The position numbers were made by a program, and so were the translations under genes. Under the pieces are notes generated by a model. It was not told where the DNA came from. It was given only the letters and a program-made list of their open reading frames with translations, and made no database searches. Shown one piece after another: positions 38,603 to 50,818 of a DNA stretch of 64,000 bases. Origin of the DNA: Vicugna vicugna (taxonomy: Eukaryota); contig MU058781.1 of the NCBI GenBank assembly GCA_013265495.1, positions 2,706,158-2,770,157 of the forward strand, given 5' to 3'. Each line of letters opens with the position of its first letter. Position 1 is the first letter of the stretch.

Positions 38603-38770
38603 CTTTTGGTATGTCCTTTTACTCCCCCAGAAATCCCCAGGAATCAGCCATGCACAGGTCTCTAGGACTCAGACTGGAGACCTTTATTACGGACATAAAG
38701 TGAACATAAAGCCATCTGAGTGGATTCTTGTTTTCTCTTGTGCATGTGAGCCTTGGAGTAAGTGATTTTT

Positions 38771-38903
38771 TTGTTTGTTTGTTTTGGGGGGGAGGTAATT
38801 AGGTTTACTTATTATTTATTTTAGGGGAGGTACTCGGGATTGAACCCAGGACCTTGTGTATGCTAAGCATGTGCTCTACCACTTGAGCTATACCCTCCCC
38901 CCT
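38771..38903 (-). mobile_element. camelid tRNA-derived SINE (Vic-1-like)
   Basis: Minus strand GGGGAGGGTATAGCTCAAGTGGTAGAGCACATGCTTAGC...GGTTCAATCCC; perfect 15-bp TSD GAGTAAGTGATTTTT at 38756-38770 and 38904-38918. Confidence 0.93.
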
Positions 38904-38957
38904 GAGTAAGTGATTTTTAGAATGCTGAAATATTGGTAAAATGCCTGAATATCAGTG

Positions 38958-39143
38958 CAGTGGTTCTAAATTCTGGCTGCATATCAGAACCACCTAAGGC
39001 ACTCTTAAAGAGACACCAGGGCATGGACCCCCACACTCAGAGATTCTGATACAGTTGGTCTGGGATGGGACCCTGTATCGTTTTGTTTTTTTTTTTAAGT
39101 GTCCCAGGTGTTTTTCAATGTGCAGCAAGAATTCAGAATCTCT
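38958..39143. mobile_element. MER5-family DNA transposon
   Basis: cagtggttctaaattctggctgcatatcagaaccacct...cagagattctgat...tggtctgggatgggaccc. Confidence 0.8.
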
Positions 39144-39154
39144 AGTGAGTCCCA

Positions 39155-39370
39155 TACCCTCTTTATAGAGTTAAGGAAATGGAATTTCACAAAGTTTAAG
39201 TGATTTGCTTAAGGGCAGTGCTTCTGGGTGCATGTCTCAGTTACTGGGGGAGCATGTGGCATGTACCCATGTCTGGGAAGAACCCCTGGCTCAAGGTTAC
39301 AAAGGAGTAAGTGGTCAGAGCCAGGAATCAAATCCAAGTGTTTTGATTTCTAACCTTTAGTTTGTTCCAC
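39155..39370 (-). mobile_element. MIR interrupted by a 73-bp hAT-like mini element (39216-39288)
   Basis: MIR core aagtgatttgcttaagg // gctcaaggttacaaaggagtaagtggtcagagccagga. Confidence 0.6.
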
Positions 39371-40549
39371 TTCATCTCCCCCAAATGGAGACATCATTAT
39401 TGGCAAGAGCTTTTGAAATCAAAATTGCAGCTATTGCTTTAATTTAAATCTGAACTCATTAGAGCAACCCCAAAGACTAAAAACATTAGAAAGAAACTGG
39501 GAGGGTGGAATTTACTCTTTCAAATTCTTCTTGATATGAGTAAACAATAAAGCCCTCCCAGGTCTTTTTCTTCCTTTCCCTCCTCACCAGTCTGTCCTCA
39601 CCCCCCATTGATAAAATCTGTCGGTTGGGTTAATACTTTTGACTTAAACTTTGTGGCATCACTCTGGCATACTGAAACACCCATTTGAGAAAGGGCATTA
39701 ATGAGATCTTTGTGAGCTAGTTTAAGACTTCCAGCAGTATATGAATTGTCTAACTAAAATGACTTCAAGACTCTCTATAATGGTAACTTGAAATCTACAT
39801 GGAGATATTTAAAACATTGAATAAAATGTGTGTTTTTAATGACCCACAGGAAATTCATCAGTAAGATTACCATTTAGAAGCAAACATGTAGGGCTTTCTC
39901 AGAAACCCATCATCCAGATGGACTGAAGACAGTCCTGCTGGAAAATCCTACTGCTTTTTATCATTACTTTCCTCTGAGGTAATCAGGGCAATCTCTGCCT
40001 TCATATGTGATGACTGTGTTTTTTTCCTTTATTTTATCATTTTCATCTGGATAGTCATGTAAGTTTTAGCTGAATGATCATTATGTTTTTAACAAGGGTA
40101 CACAGTATATTCAAACACAAAAGAAATATCTATTAGGTTCTGTGTCAATATGGTTGGATAAGTGCATGCAAATGAGGGGTTGGTTTAGATCACATCTAAC
40201 CTTGTTTAAGGGTTGGCAGATGTGGGACTTACATTACAGTGACCTCTGATGTCGAATAACACTTGAATACAAGTCTGGTCTGACATGGAGATGGACGGAT
40301 ACTCTCATCCTCTCTTTCCAACTTAAAGGAAGCTTCATCTTCCCGTTCAAAACCAGACTCCTAATTTTCATTCTTCCCCAACTCTCCTCCCCTGAAACTT
40401 GTTATCTCATCATCTCCTTTTTTATTCTCTTCAATTTCTTTCCCCCAAAGAGGTTCTACTCGCTGCTGAAAACATGAATAGCCTACTTTCCTTTAAGGAA
40501 GAAGAAAGTAAAAGCAAACGGACCAAATCAAACCAGTCAGCTGATGCTT

Positions 40550-41350
40550 GATCATGCTTACTCTTCAAGTTCTCATTTATTTAAACTCTTTTATTTGCTC
40601 CAAAATCCCTACACTGCTGTCCACACTCTGAGCTCTCTGCATCATTTGCTCCCATCAACCACTCTCTTTCTGACATTCAATTTTCTCTTGGTTTCTGGCT
40701 CACCTCACTATTCTGGTTCTCAGTCTTTCCTTTCCCACTCCTTTCACATTATCTTTATGGGTTTTTTTTTGCCACCACTCATCTCCTAAATGCAGGTATC
40801 ACACTTGAGTTTACTTGTCTTTTTCATACTCTCCATCTTAGGACTCATTCACTCTTATAGTTTCAACCATCTTCTCCTAGTGGGATGACTTTCAAGGCTG
40901 TCTCTGGTTCTGACAGCTCTTCTTAAGGCTAATCGGACTTCTTTATTCATCTTTTAAATGATTCCTGGTCTTCCCATTCCCTACCAGAATTCATAAACTC
41001 TTACCTAATAAATTCGCTCCTTTGCTTAAAATCCTCATTTTGGCAAATGATACTGTTTTTTGTCTAGTCATCCAGACTCAAAACTTTTGAGTTATCTTGC
41101 TCCTTATTCTTGTTTGACCTCTGTTACCAATTAATGGCTCATTGATTATTCATCTTTTAAAAATCTCACTCTTATTGTCCTTTTACTTCAACTCCCATTG
41201 TGTGAGCAAGTTCAGCCCCTTATTATATCATGTCAGTACGATTGTAATGATCTCCTTGCTGATCCCATTGTTTCCAGGGTCTTATCTCTTAGTACATTTT
41301 AGGCAATGCTACTGAGTCATTCTTGTACATTGTCATTTGTATGACATTTC
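40550..41350 (+). mobile_element. decayed L2
   Basis: Pyrimidine-rich; gtttcaaccatcttctcctagtgggatgactttcaa and ctagtcatccagactcaaaacttttgagttatcttg are L2-like. Confidence 0.6.
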
Positions 41351-41729
41351 TTCAACTAGATTGCATAAATTGTAAAACCTTTAACCAACTGCAAGCATTT
41401 TAGCTTTTCAATCAAAGTTTGTTCATCCATTTTATTCACTCATCCAACCAATATATAAAGTTGCCAACTGTTTGAAAAGCTCTGCTAGGAATATAAATGT
41501 GAACAAAATACCATAAAGGTTTTGTGGATTCCTTACTGAATGAATGAACATAAGGAGGGAAGCAAAGTAAATGTTTAGAGGAAAAGTAATATTAGAGCAA
41601 TGTTGAGAGAGCAGAAGCTTTTGAGTCAGGTCCATGTTTGTTCCAATGGAAAAATCACTTCTTACCAGCTCTGTGATTTCAGTCAAGAATTCAGACTAAC
41701 ACAAGCATTCAGTCAAGAATGCTGATGTT

Positions 41730-41874
41730 GGGGAGAGGGTATAGCTCAAGTGGAGAGCGCATGCTTAGCATGCACAGGGTCCCAGGTTCAATCCTCAGTA
41801 CCTCCTCCAAATAAATAAATAAGTAAATAAGTAAGTAAGTAAGTAAGTAAACCTAATTACCTCCCCCACCAAAA
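41730..41874 (+). mobile_element. camelid tRNA-derived SINE (Vic-1-like)
   Basis: GGGTATAGCTCAAGTGGAGAGCGCATGCTTAGCATGCAC...GGTTCAATCCTCAGTACCTCC, (TAAG)n linker; TSD AAGAATGCT[G/A]ATGT at 41715-41728 and 41875-41888. Confidence 0.93.
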
Positions 41875-41888
41875 AAGAATGCTAATGT

Positions 41889-42313
41889 GGTCTGGGGTCC
41901 TCTGAGGAGCAGAAGGCAAAACAAGACTAGATGTGGCAGAGATTTATTGGAGAAAATGCCTGTGAAGGATAAACAAGAAGGGAGAAGAGTCCGAGGGAGA
42001 GCCCTCGGACTATGATGTAGGTCTGACCCCTGGGAAGGAGAAAAGGAAGGAGGTCTGGATAGGAAGAGTCTTAAGATTCCAGAACAGCTGCAAGAAAGTT
42101 TTGGCCAAGTTGATGGGAGTCTTTGAGCCAAAGTCACTTGTTGGAGGATCCCTGAATCAAACAGAAATAGCATCTGTGCTTAGCTATTGGGTGGAAGCAG
42201 TCTGTTTGAAGCATGGGTTCCAAGAATGTGGTCGTGGATCCAGGCAGCAGGTGGGGTTGTCATTTAGTTATGCTCCCCACAGCAGGACATCTGCATCGCA
42301 CGTGGCCATCACA
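41889..42313 (-). mobile_element. old ERVL-type solo LTR (LTR16-like)
   Basis: ggggtcctctgaggagcaga...agatttattggagaaaatgcctgtgaagga...gatgtaggtctgacccctg; AATAAA on the minus strand near the end. Confidence 0.6.
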
Positions 42314-42357
42314 ATGCTTCTGACTGATAATAAAACTCTACTAATACATGGTTAAAT

Positions 42358-42553
42358 CAAGAGTTGAAAACTTTTTCTGTAGAGGGTCAGACAGTGAGTC
42401 TTTCAGGTTTTGTGAGCCATACAACTCTGTGGTAGGATGAGAGCTGCCATAGACATTATGCAAATATGTAGGTGTGACTCTATTCCACTAATACTTTTTC
42501 ATAACGGGCTGGAGACCAAAGTTGGCCTCAGGGGCTTAGTTTGCTGACACCTG
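42358..42553. mobile_element. MER58A DNA transposon
   Basis: aactttttctgtagagggtcagacagt...gctgccatagacatta...tagtttgctgacacctg. Confidence 0.85.
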
Positions 42554-42769
42554 GTTTACATGAATAAGGTGATATTTTCTCTACATAATAAGATGCCTAG
42601 AGTTAAGAGATTGCAGGTAATTCTTCAGTGGCTCAACATGACCTAACATTTTTCTATTTACTCTCAGCATTTTAAAAGATAGCAATGTCATCTCTGTTGC
42701 CTTTCCCTTACATAAAGGAGAAAATTATTTTCTCCAAATCCCCTAGCATTAATGAACTAATTAATCAAT

Positions 42770-43790
42770 TAATCATATATTTTTTTGAGTAGCTATGTCA
42801 GGTCAGGTATTATGCTAGGTGATCCTGCAGTTAGTTAATGGGACAAATCTTTGTCCAAATGAAGCTGACATTTTACTGGGGGGAGACAGACAGTAAACAA
42901 GATAAATAAGTAAAATATATAGTACCAGATGATGATAAGTGCTATAGACAAAATAAAGCCAGGAAGAGGGTAGAATGGTCCAGGCGGTGGTAGTGGAGAG
43001 AGGTTGCACTTTAAATGGAATGGGTTGGTAAAGGTGCCACTGAGAAGGTGACACTTCACCAAAGACAAGAAGGTGTTACAGGAATAAACCATGCAAATGT
43101 ATTGTGGACAAATTTTCTAGGAAAGAGGTTTATCAAGTGCAAAGTTCTGATGCAAGATCAATGTGGCTGGAGCAGAGCCAAAGGGAGAGGATGAGACAAG
43201 AGATCAAGTAGGTAAGGCAGCCAGGTTATGTAGAGACTTCTGGGCTTCTGTGATGACTTTAGCTTCTTCTCTGATTGAGACAAGAAGCCATGGGACCATT
43301 GTGAGCAGAGGAAGGACATGGTGTGATTTACATTTTAAAATACTCACTCCGAGTACTACGTTGAGACTACACTAAAGGAGGTGGGAAGAGAGAAACATCT
43401 AGACCCAGTAGGTGGCTTCTGAGCAAGAGATACTGGTGACCTGGAGCAGAATAGCAGCAGTGAGGGCAAGAGAAGCAACACAGCTGCAGAATCTGAGGAC
43501 TGACTGGATATGGATGTAATGTGAGAGAAAGAGGAGACAAGGACAATCAGCTTTGTGGGTCTGTGCACAGGGGATGATAGAATTGCATTAATAAGATGGC
43601 AGAGACTAGCAGAGGGCAGATACAGCCAGGAAGCTCAGATCAGATTGGTCATGTTAGGCTGAGACTCTGATTAGCTACACAAGGATGTTGAGCAGGATGT
43701 TGGATACATTCAGTTTGGGTTTAGACTAGAATTCTAGACTATAGATGTAAATTTGGGAATCTTCTGCATATGCTTACGTATCATTAACTA
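42770..43790 (-). mobile_element. L2 (about 1 kb)
   Basis: gctgacattttactggggggagacagacagtaaacaa...cactgagaaggtgacac...agcagaggaaggacatggtgtgatttacattttaaaa...tagatgtaaatttgggaatc. Confidence 0.85.
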
Positions 43791-44873
43791 GAACCTTGTC
43801 ATACTGTCAGGCTACCCTCAGTTGCAATAAGAAAAGAAATGTTTACCTTTTCCATTTTCTACAGAGAAGGACAGCAGGAGAGAAAAGGCTAATGTCTGCT
43901 GAATCATCCAACTGGCAATGCCTATACTTGATTTCTCTTTAATTCTTCATGTACACATTGAGGATAATGAAATCTACTTCACGTAATTATGATGAAAATT
44001 ATGAGGTAAGCCAAAGAAAGCCCCTGGCACATACAACATGTTCTTTAAATATCTGAATTCCCTTTCCTTCTTTCAGTGACCTGTGATCTCATGGTAAGTT
44101 GTTAATTCAGTCTAAAATACTTCTTTTTGGACTTCCTCATTTAACAAAACAGTGACACTGCTATTTTTATAATCACTACTATGATGGAAAAGAAGAACTT
44201 CTGCTTTTCCCCTGAAGTCATATATTTTCCAGAGCTGGACAGGGTTGAGCTGGGTTCTCTTCCTTTCAGTCATCTTTCTTCTCATTTCTGGGATTCTGTT
44301 TTCACTTTTACATTTCAGTTTCTGTGCATAGTCATGGTCAAAATATTTACAAATTCTTGGAAATTATTAACATCCCAAGATAGGCATAACTCTTCCCCAA
44401 CCTGAGACTTCACTGGAGAGTGTCTGGGAAGGATGTTCACATGGTACAAAGAAGTCTAAGGCAAGGAGAGTGTCTAGTTAAAGGCCAAGTGGAGGTATGT
44501 GTTTGGGCTACTTTATGGAACAACTTCAAAGAGAACCCAATGGCCAACAGAGGAAAAATAACTCTAAAGAAGTTGTTCTTCAGGAAAGAGAACACTCCCT
44601 CCGACTCCCATATCTGGCCAAAAGCTATGCGGTAGCACTTCTGAGTCCTTTCCCAGCCTTATCAGTTGACTCTATATTTACCGTACACTCCTTTCTCTCT
44701 CCCAGGGCCTGGATAAGGCAAGATGTTTGTACCTGTTTGTACCTATAGAGGGTGGCCATAAAGTCTTGATTCTTAGATAATACTACTTTATCATAAGGTG
44801 ATAGCAATAAGCCTTTTAAAATGTTACTTTTTCTAGACTTTGTGGCCACTGTGTGTGTGTGCACACATGTGTG

Positions 44874-45262
44874 TGTATTAGTTTGCTGAGGCTGCCATAA
44901 CAAAATACCAGAGACTGGGTGGCTTACACAACAGAATTTTTTTTTCTAATTCTGGAGGCTAGAAATCCAAGATAAAATGTCAGCAAGGTTGGTTTCTTCT
45001 GAGATCTCTCTCTTTGCCTTGCAGATGGCGATCTTCTCCTTTTGTCCTCATATGGTTTTTCCTCTGTGCATTGTCTATATCCTAATCTGTGCTTCTTTTA
45101 TAAGGACACCAGTCATATTAGATTAAGGCCCATCCTAATGACCTCATTTTAATTTAATAACCTCTTTAAAGACCCTGTCTCCAAAGACAGTCACATTCTA
45201 AGGTACCAAGGATTAGGACTTCAATAGATGAATCTTGGAGTGACATAATTCAGCTCTTAACA
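44874..45262 (-). mobile_element. MaLR solo LTR (MLT1B/C-like)
   Basis: tgtattagtttgctgaggctgccataacaaaatacca...ataaggacaccagtcatattagattaaggcccatcctaatgacctc...attcagctcttaaca; TG..CA ends, about 390 bp. Confidence 0.9.
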
Positions 45263-46559
45263 ATATGTTTGTGTGTGTGTGTGGAGTGAGAAAGAGAGGG
45301 AGAGTACACACGCACATGCAAGCACCTTAAAGAGCTGATTTATACAATGCAACTGGAACAAATGGCCTGCATACAGCATGTATAGTCTATCACTGAAAAT
45401 CAACATTTTCTGTCTCTACAGAGAGCGTGTGTGAGACAATATAATAGAAGTGGGATTCCTGATTAATTTTAAAAAGAAAACTACATCAGTCAAATATCTG
45501 GAATAGATGATTTTTTTCATTTCATTTAAGGTTTATATACTATATATTGTTATATTAACATTTTTTCACCCACTTAAAAGAATGAAAATCATTGATTCTA
45601 CAGTAGTACTTTATAGTCTTAATGACCCAGGAGGTCATTATACATATATATACACACACACATACACAGATGTATGATTAACTACATATAAAAATAAACA
45701 TGTAAAATAAAATCTATTATATTATATGTAATATATTTTACTTATACTCTTGTACACATATACACGCACGATTCTGAGATGCTGTTTAATTTGTGCTTGA
45801 AACTTCCTCATTTCTGTAGAAATACCAGTGCCCTTACTGCCTGGGGCAGTTTCCCCCAGTAACTGTAGATTTCATGTTCCTCTGCTCTGCCAGAGGCTCG
45901 CTGTTGTCTGGATTAGTTAATCTTTGCGAAATGCTTTGAAGAGCAGGCTACCTTAACCTTCTAACCTCACCACGCCTGTTAAGTAGGAAGGGAGGCGCTC
46001 GGCTGCCGGGGCTTCTTCACCTGTGGAGCCTCTCAGCCAATCTCAAAGCAAAAAGGCCTCCTGGATGGGGGATGGAGGGAGTGGAAGGCTCTGTGCTTTT
46101 GTTTCCCTAAAATTCCTTTAGCAGCAAGCAGGAAAAGTGACCACAGCAGGGCAGACTTCTGTTTAGGCTGAGGAAGCAGGGAGCCAGCCAAAGACCAGGA
46201 AAAGACCCATGCTTCTGGGTTAAAGATAAACTGAAAAGGTATTTTAAGAGCTAGCTGTTGGTCCAGTGGGAACAATAGATAAGTTACAGGTCTGGGGATT
46301 AAGCCAATTTCATCTCTGAGTAATTTTTTTTTTAAGAAACTATGACATAGAAATTGGCAACAACTGTACACTTAAAAAGAGATTTTTTTTCAAGAAATCT
46401 TTACTTTTCCCTTGATATGTGGTCAAAATGGGCAGAAGGAGCTTATCTTTCATGATAGCGCATAGTTCACTCATTTGAGGTGACTTCTTGTCTGTTATAG
46501 ATTGGTCAATTTAAAAAAATCAGATGTAGGTACTAATTTGTCTAAGTGCTTACTACTTA

Positions 46560-46713
46560 AAGTAGCAAGCCTGGGCCAGCAGAGTCCACATGTCCTTTGA
46601 GTTTGTGAGAAATACAGAATCTCAGGGTCTACCCAGACCTGCAATATTAGAATTTGTATTTTAACAAGATCCTCAGTTGATCTCTATTCATTTTAAAGTC
46701 TGAAAAGCAGTGG
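46560..46713. mobile_element. MER5A DNA transposon
   Basis: gaaatacagaatctcagggtctacccagacct...tttaacaagatcctcagttga...tctgaaaagcagtg. Confidence 0.75.
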
Positions 46714-46944
46714 TCTAAGGCCCTAACATCCCATTAGTGACACTTCTGGAAGGCAGAGTCAACATACAAAGGTACAATAGTCTATTAGGGATTGTCTTCA
46801 TGTGGTACATGGTGTGAGTAGGTAATGAACAAATAGGTGTGTTTTGATGACTGATAGGTCTAGCCTCTTCCTGCTTTTCAGTCTGTACATTTCCAGTTTA
46901 TAATTTATCTAATTATACTATTTTTATGCTGTGCTATAAAATCT

Positions 46945-47115
46945 TGGATCAGTTACTTGACTCTCTGTGACTCAGTTTTGTCATCTGTAAAATGGGATTT
47001 TAAACAGTATTTATCTCAAAATACTCTGGTAAGCTTTAAATGAGTTAATACCTGTGAAACCCTCATATTGGCATAGTGTGCCTGACATATTTTAAACACT
47101 CAAAAAATGTTAGCT
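46945..47115 (+). mobile_element. MIR SINE
   Basis: agttacttgactctctgtgactcagttttgtcatctgtaaaatggg...aaatgagttaata...cactcaaaaaatgttagcta. Confidence 0.85.
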
Positions 47116-47429
47116 AAAAATACAACACAGCAGGACCTCCACAAATATCTATCTTATTAAATTCTTTCCAGGTGAGAACTGCTATATTTTCCTTGAATGC
47201 ATTACCTGGTTTGTTTGCATACTACCTTCTCTAATGATCTTCAGTTTTCTTGAAGGAAGAGTGAACAACAACTACTATCTTTTCATAACATCATCTGGCA
47301 CAATGCTTAGCATACAGTGAATTCTCTGTAGGGTAGAATTATCTATGTTCAAGTTTACAACCATTTTGATAATTAAAATTGATTTGATTTGCTTGGTATT
47401 TTTACACTGGAGCAATAAATTGGCTGTAG

Positions 47430-48190
47430 CCATGCATTCATTCATTTCCTCCTTTTTGACAAAGTATTGCATACCTACTATGTTCCATATTCTGTCCTAG
47501 ATGCTAAAGATACAGCAGGAACAAATCTTTTGAAAATCCTTTGAGAAGTTTTGCTCTAAAGAGAAGCAGAGAAAATAGGTGGCCATGGAGGGAGGTTGGC
47601 AGCAGGGAGAGGGGCGTCAAGAAAAGGTTAGAAAGATGGAGGACATTATTACAGAATGTTTGTGTACTCATGGGAATCGAGACAAGATAATAAGGGGGGC
47701 TGCTCACTCCTTGAGATAACAACAAGACAAGACAGGGTCTAATGCATATGTGTTGTGGTTGGTCTTGGCTGGCAGCAAGGGGAGCTTATCCATGGAGAAA
47801 GGAGAGAAAGCAGAATAGATGGATGGGCACAGATACCAGCAGTTGGGTAGATGTGATGATGGGATAATGGGGAATTTCTCTTCTATTTGTTACTTTAAAA
47901 AAAAGTGAAAAAGAAGTAAAGTAAGGTAGCAGCTTAGGAAGATGAATAAAGGAGAAAGTTGAATGATTCAGAGGAGAGAAGGTGGGAAAGTCACCAAGGA
48001 GAAAGGGAGAGGAAATGGGGTCTGTGCATATAGAATGCCTGTCTGGCAGCAGTAGGATCCATTTGAGGCTTGTGGTCATGCGATTAAAGTAGGACCAGGC
48101 AGCACATCAGTGCTTTTTCCTTTGGTCTTTTAGCCACCCAGGCACAGATGTGGAATAGGCCAAGAGATGTACTTCCAAAGGTTGTACTTG
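47430..48190 (-). mobile_element. L2 fragments
   Basis: cattcattcatt...tacctactatgttcc; ctttgagaagttttgctctaaagagaagcagagaaaatagg. Confidence 0.65.
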
Positions 48191-49607
48191 TGGTTGGTAC
48201 CGTGTGCATAGAGCCACCAGAAAGACTAGATGTCCCAGTTCCTTAGGAAACTCACAAAACAAGTACACTGGATTTGAATGATGTACATTATGGAAAACTA
48301 TTTACTTCCCAAGACTATGCTGTTTCCTTGGTATTCTATTCATGTTAGATTTCTACATTACTGTTTTCAAAGACACTTATCTCTGGGGAAGTAACATATA
48401 TTTACATATTCCTTTGCCCATGTAATTTTCAACTCTGCTTAGACCTGGAGTTCAACTAAACATTTTCATGTTCCTTAAAACATGGCAACCTTACCTAGTG
48501 CCTATGCTCCACAATGGGCAGTCCCCAACTGGAAATCTGTTCATTCTGCAGATTCAGTAGCTTGTTGAAAAGCCTGAAAGGGTGAAAGCAGCTATTTCCG
48601 GGGCTTACAGTATCTCCTCTATGTCAGGGTATTGCTCATTTTATCTTTAGAATTGAAACCTTTTGTTTCTCCCACAAGGTTGAGATAGTCCTTAGAGAGA
48701 CTGTGTCACCCAAATTTCCCTTCTGGTCCCTTCATCTAGTGTTGACTTACATTATTACCCAACTTGCCTGCCTGTCCTTTACCTGGAACAACAATATTCA
48801 GAAGTGATCTTTAAAGCTTAGGGCCCCAACAGGGAGGAAAAGAATGAAGTTTATTCTCTTGAAAATCTTTTGCAACCTCCTGTGGCAAGTGCAGGGGTCG
48901 CTCTGTGCATTTTCAGTTCTTCCTGGTGGCTGGGCCTTCTTGGGCCATGGGAAGCTGACTGTGGCCCTGGTCACTAAATTGTCCTTGACATGGGGGTTGT
49001 GTTGCGCTAATGTATGCGTTGTTGGCTGTGCATTTCTTACCACCTACAGGTGCAGGAAGTACCCAGCGGGCTTCCCCACATCTTTGGCTTGATCACATCT
49101 TGTACCCTCTTCACACCTCTCCTCCCTCAAGTCTTCCCTGATAACGCCAGGGAAGGGACATTCTGTTCTGAGCTCATTAGTCAAGAATGTTACCAGACTG
49201 CCCTGAAAAAGGTTTTCTCTGTTGTGGGCTCTCCCTAGCTGTACAGGTAATTTGAAAATCATGCTGCCTTTATATTGCCTTCAACTCAGAATTGCATCTC
49301 CTCACCTGTGTCCCCTCCACTAGATAGATGCCTCTGACGACTCCAGTAAATTGGAGTCAAAAATAAAAATGCCCAGAATTTGGAAGCATTCAACTGCTGT
49401 CTTTAAACTCATTCTTCCAAATGGTTTAGGGTCTGGCTTCATGTTTCTGGGGAGAGTGGCCCCTTCCACTGTGTTAAGTAAGAGGAGGGTAATATCCATG
49501 CCTACCTGCAGCCTCTTGTGGGAATTTCTGGGAAAACTAAAGGGTTAAGCATTTGATTCACAAATATTTATCAAGTGCCTACTGTGTGCCAGGCATTGTA
49601 CTTTAGT

Positions 49608-49937
49608 CAAGTGATTCTCAAATTTCACTGCATTTCAGAATCCCCTGGGGAGCTTGAGGCCCATGTTGTAGCCCATACCAAATAAATCTCTGGGGAAGAG
49701 AGATCCAGGAATCAGAATTTTTTTTACAGTTCCCCAACAGATTCCAATATGCAGTCAAGGTTGGAACCAGTGTTCTTGACAATGTTCCTCAACTTTTCCA
49801 TGAAAATGAGTCCCCTAATTGTTAAAAATGTAGATTTCAATTCAGTAGGTCTGGAGTGGGGGCTAGGATTCTATATTTCCCTAAAGTTCCCAGGGAATGT
49901 CAGTGCTGCTTGTCTGCAGACCACACTTTGAGTAGCA
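49608..49937. mobile_element. two adjacent MER5-family elements
   Basis: agtgattctcaaatttcactgcatttcagaatcccctggggagctt...caaggttggaaccagtg, then attcagtaggtctggagtggg...gaccacactttgagtagcaag. Confidence 0.75.
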
Positions 49938-50352
49938 AGCACAAAAGTTCTTTTATTCCTTGATCTGTCAAACTTTCCTGCCCCTGAGCCTTTGCTCTTT
50001 TTCCCTGGAACCACTTCCCTGGAAATCCCCAGCAAAAATGCCTTCTCATCCTTTGTCCATCGGGTTTTCCCTGACCACCCGACACAGAGTAATCTCTACC
50101 TTCTTTCTCTACAATTCTCAGAATTATCACAATTAATAATTATTTATTTGCTTCCTTGTTTCCATACTTTCTCAATGGTCCCTCCCAGTAGCATTAAGTG
50201 CCAAGAAGCCAGGAACTATGAATACCTTGTTCTATATAAATTATACTCAGTATGAAGCCCAGTGTCTAACACAGAGAAGGGAACTGATGGATACTTGTTG
50301 AATGAATGACAAAAGGGGAGCCTGGCCAGTTAGATCAGTTTTTCTGATTCAG

Positions 50353-50818
50353 AAAATAATACCATTTACAGTAACATGGATGGATATGGAGATAGTCATC
50401 CTAAATGAAGTAAGCCAGAAAGAGAAAGAAAATTACTACATGATGTCATTCATATGTAGAATCTAAAAAAAGAAATAAGAAGACACTAATGAACTCATCT
50501 ACAAAACAGAAACAGATTTGCAGACATAGTAAACAATCTTATGGTTGCTAGGGGAAATGGGGTGGGAAGGGGTAAACTAGGGAGTTTGAGAGTTGTAAAT
50601 ATTAACTATTATACATAAAAATAGATCAAAAACAAGTTTCTTCTGCATAACACAGGGAACTATACTCAATATCTTATAATAACCTTTAATGAAAAAGAAT
50701 ATGAAAATGAATATATGTATGTGTATGTATGACTGGGTCATTATGCTGTACACCAAAAATTGACACATTGTAACTGACTATACTTCAATTTAAACAAACA
50801 GACAAACAAATAAATAAA
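50353..50818 (+). mobile_element. 5'-truncated camelid L1 3' end
   Basis: aacatggatggatatggagatagtcatcctaaatgaagtaagccagaaagagaaaga...tgacacattgtaactgactatacttcaa plus an A-rich tail; flanked by AG(T)n(C)CTGATTCAG on both sides. Confidence 0.93.

Noticed and set aside
41730..41810. tRNA gene (also 18490-18566 and 38830-38903)
   Set aside because: A/B boxes belong to tRNA-derived SINEs with TSDs and A-rich tails; not true tRNA genes.
44077..44093. 17-nt micro-exon (tttcag|...ATG|GTAAGT)
   Set aside because: The donor lies in MIR-like sequence, the length is not a multiple of 3, and there is no supporting gene context.
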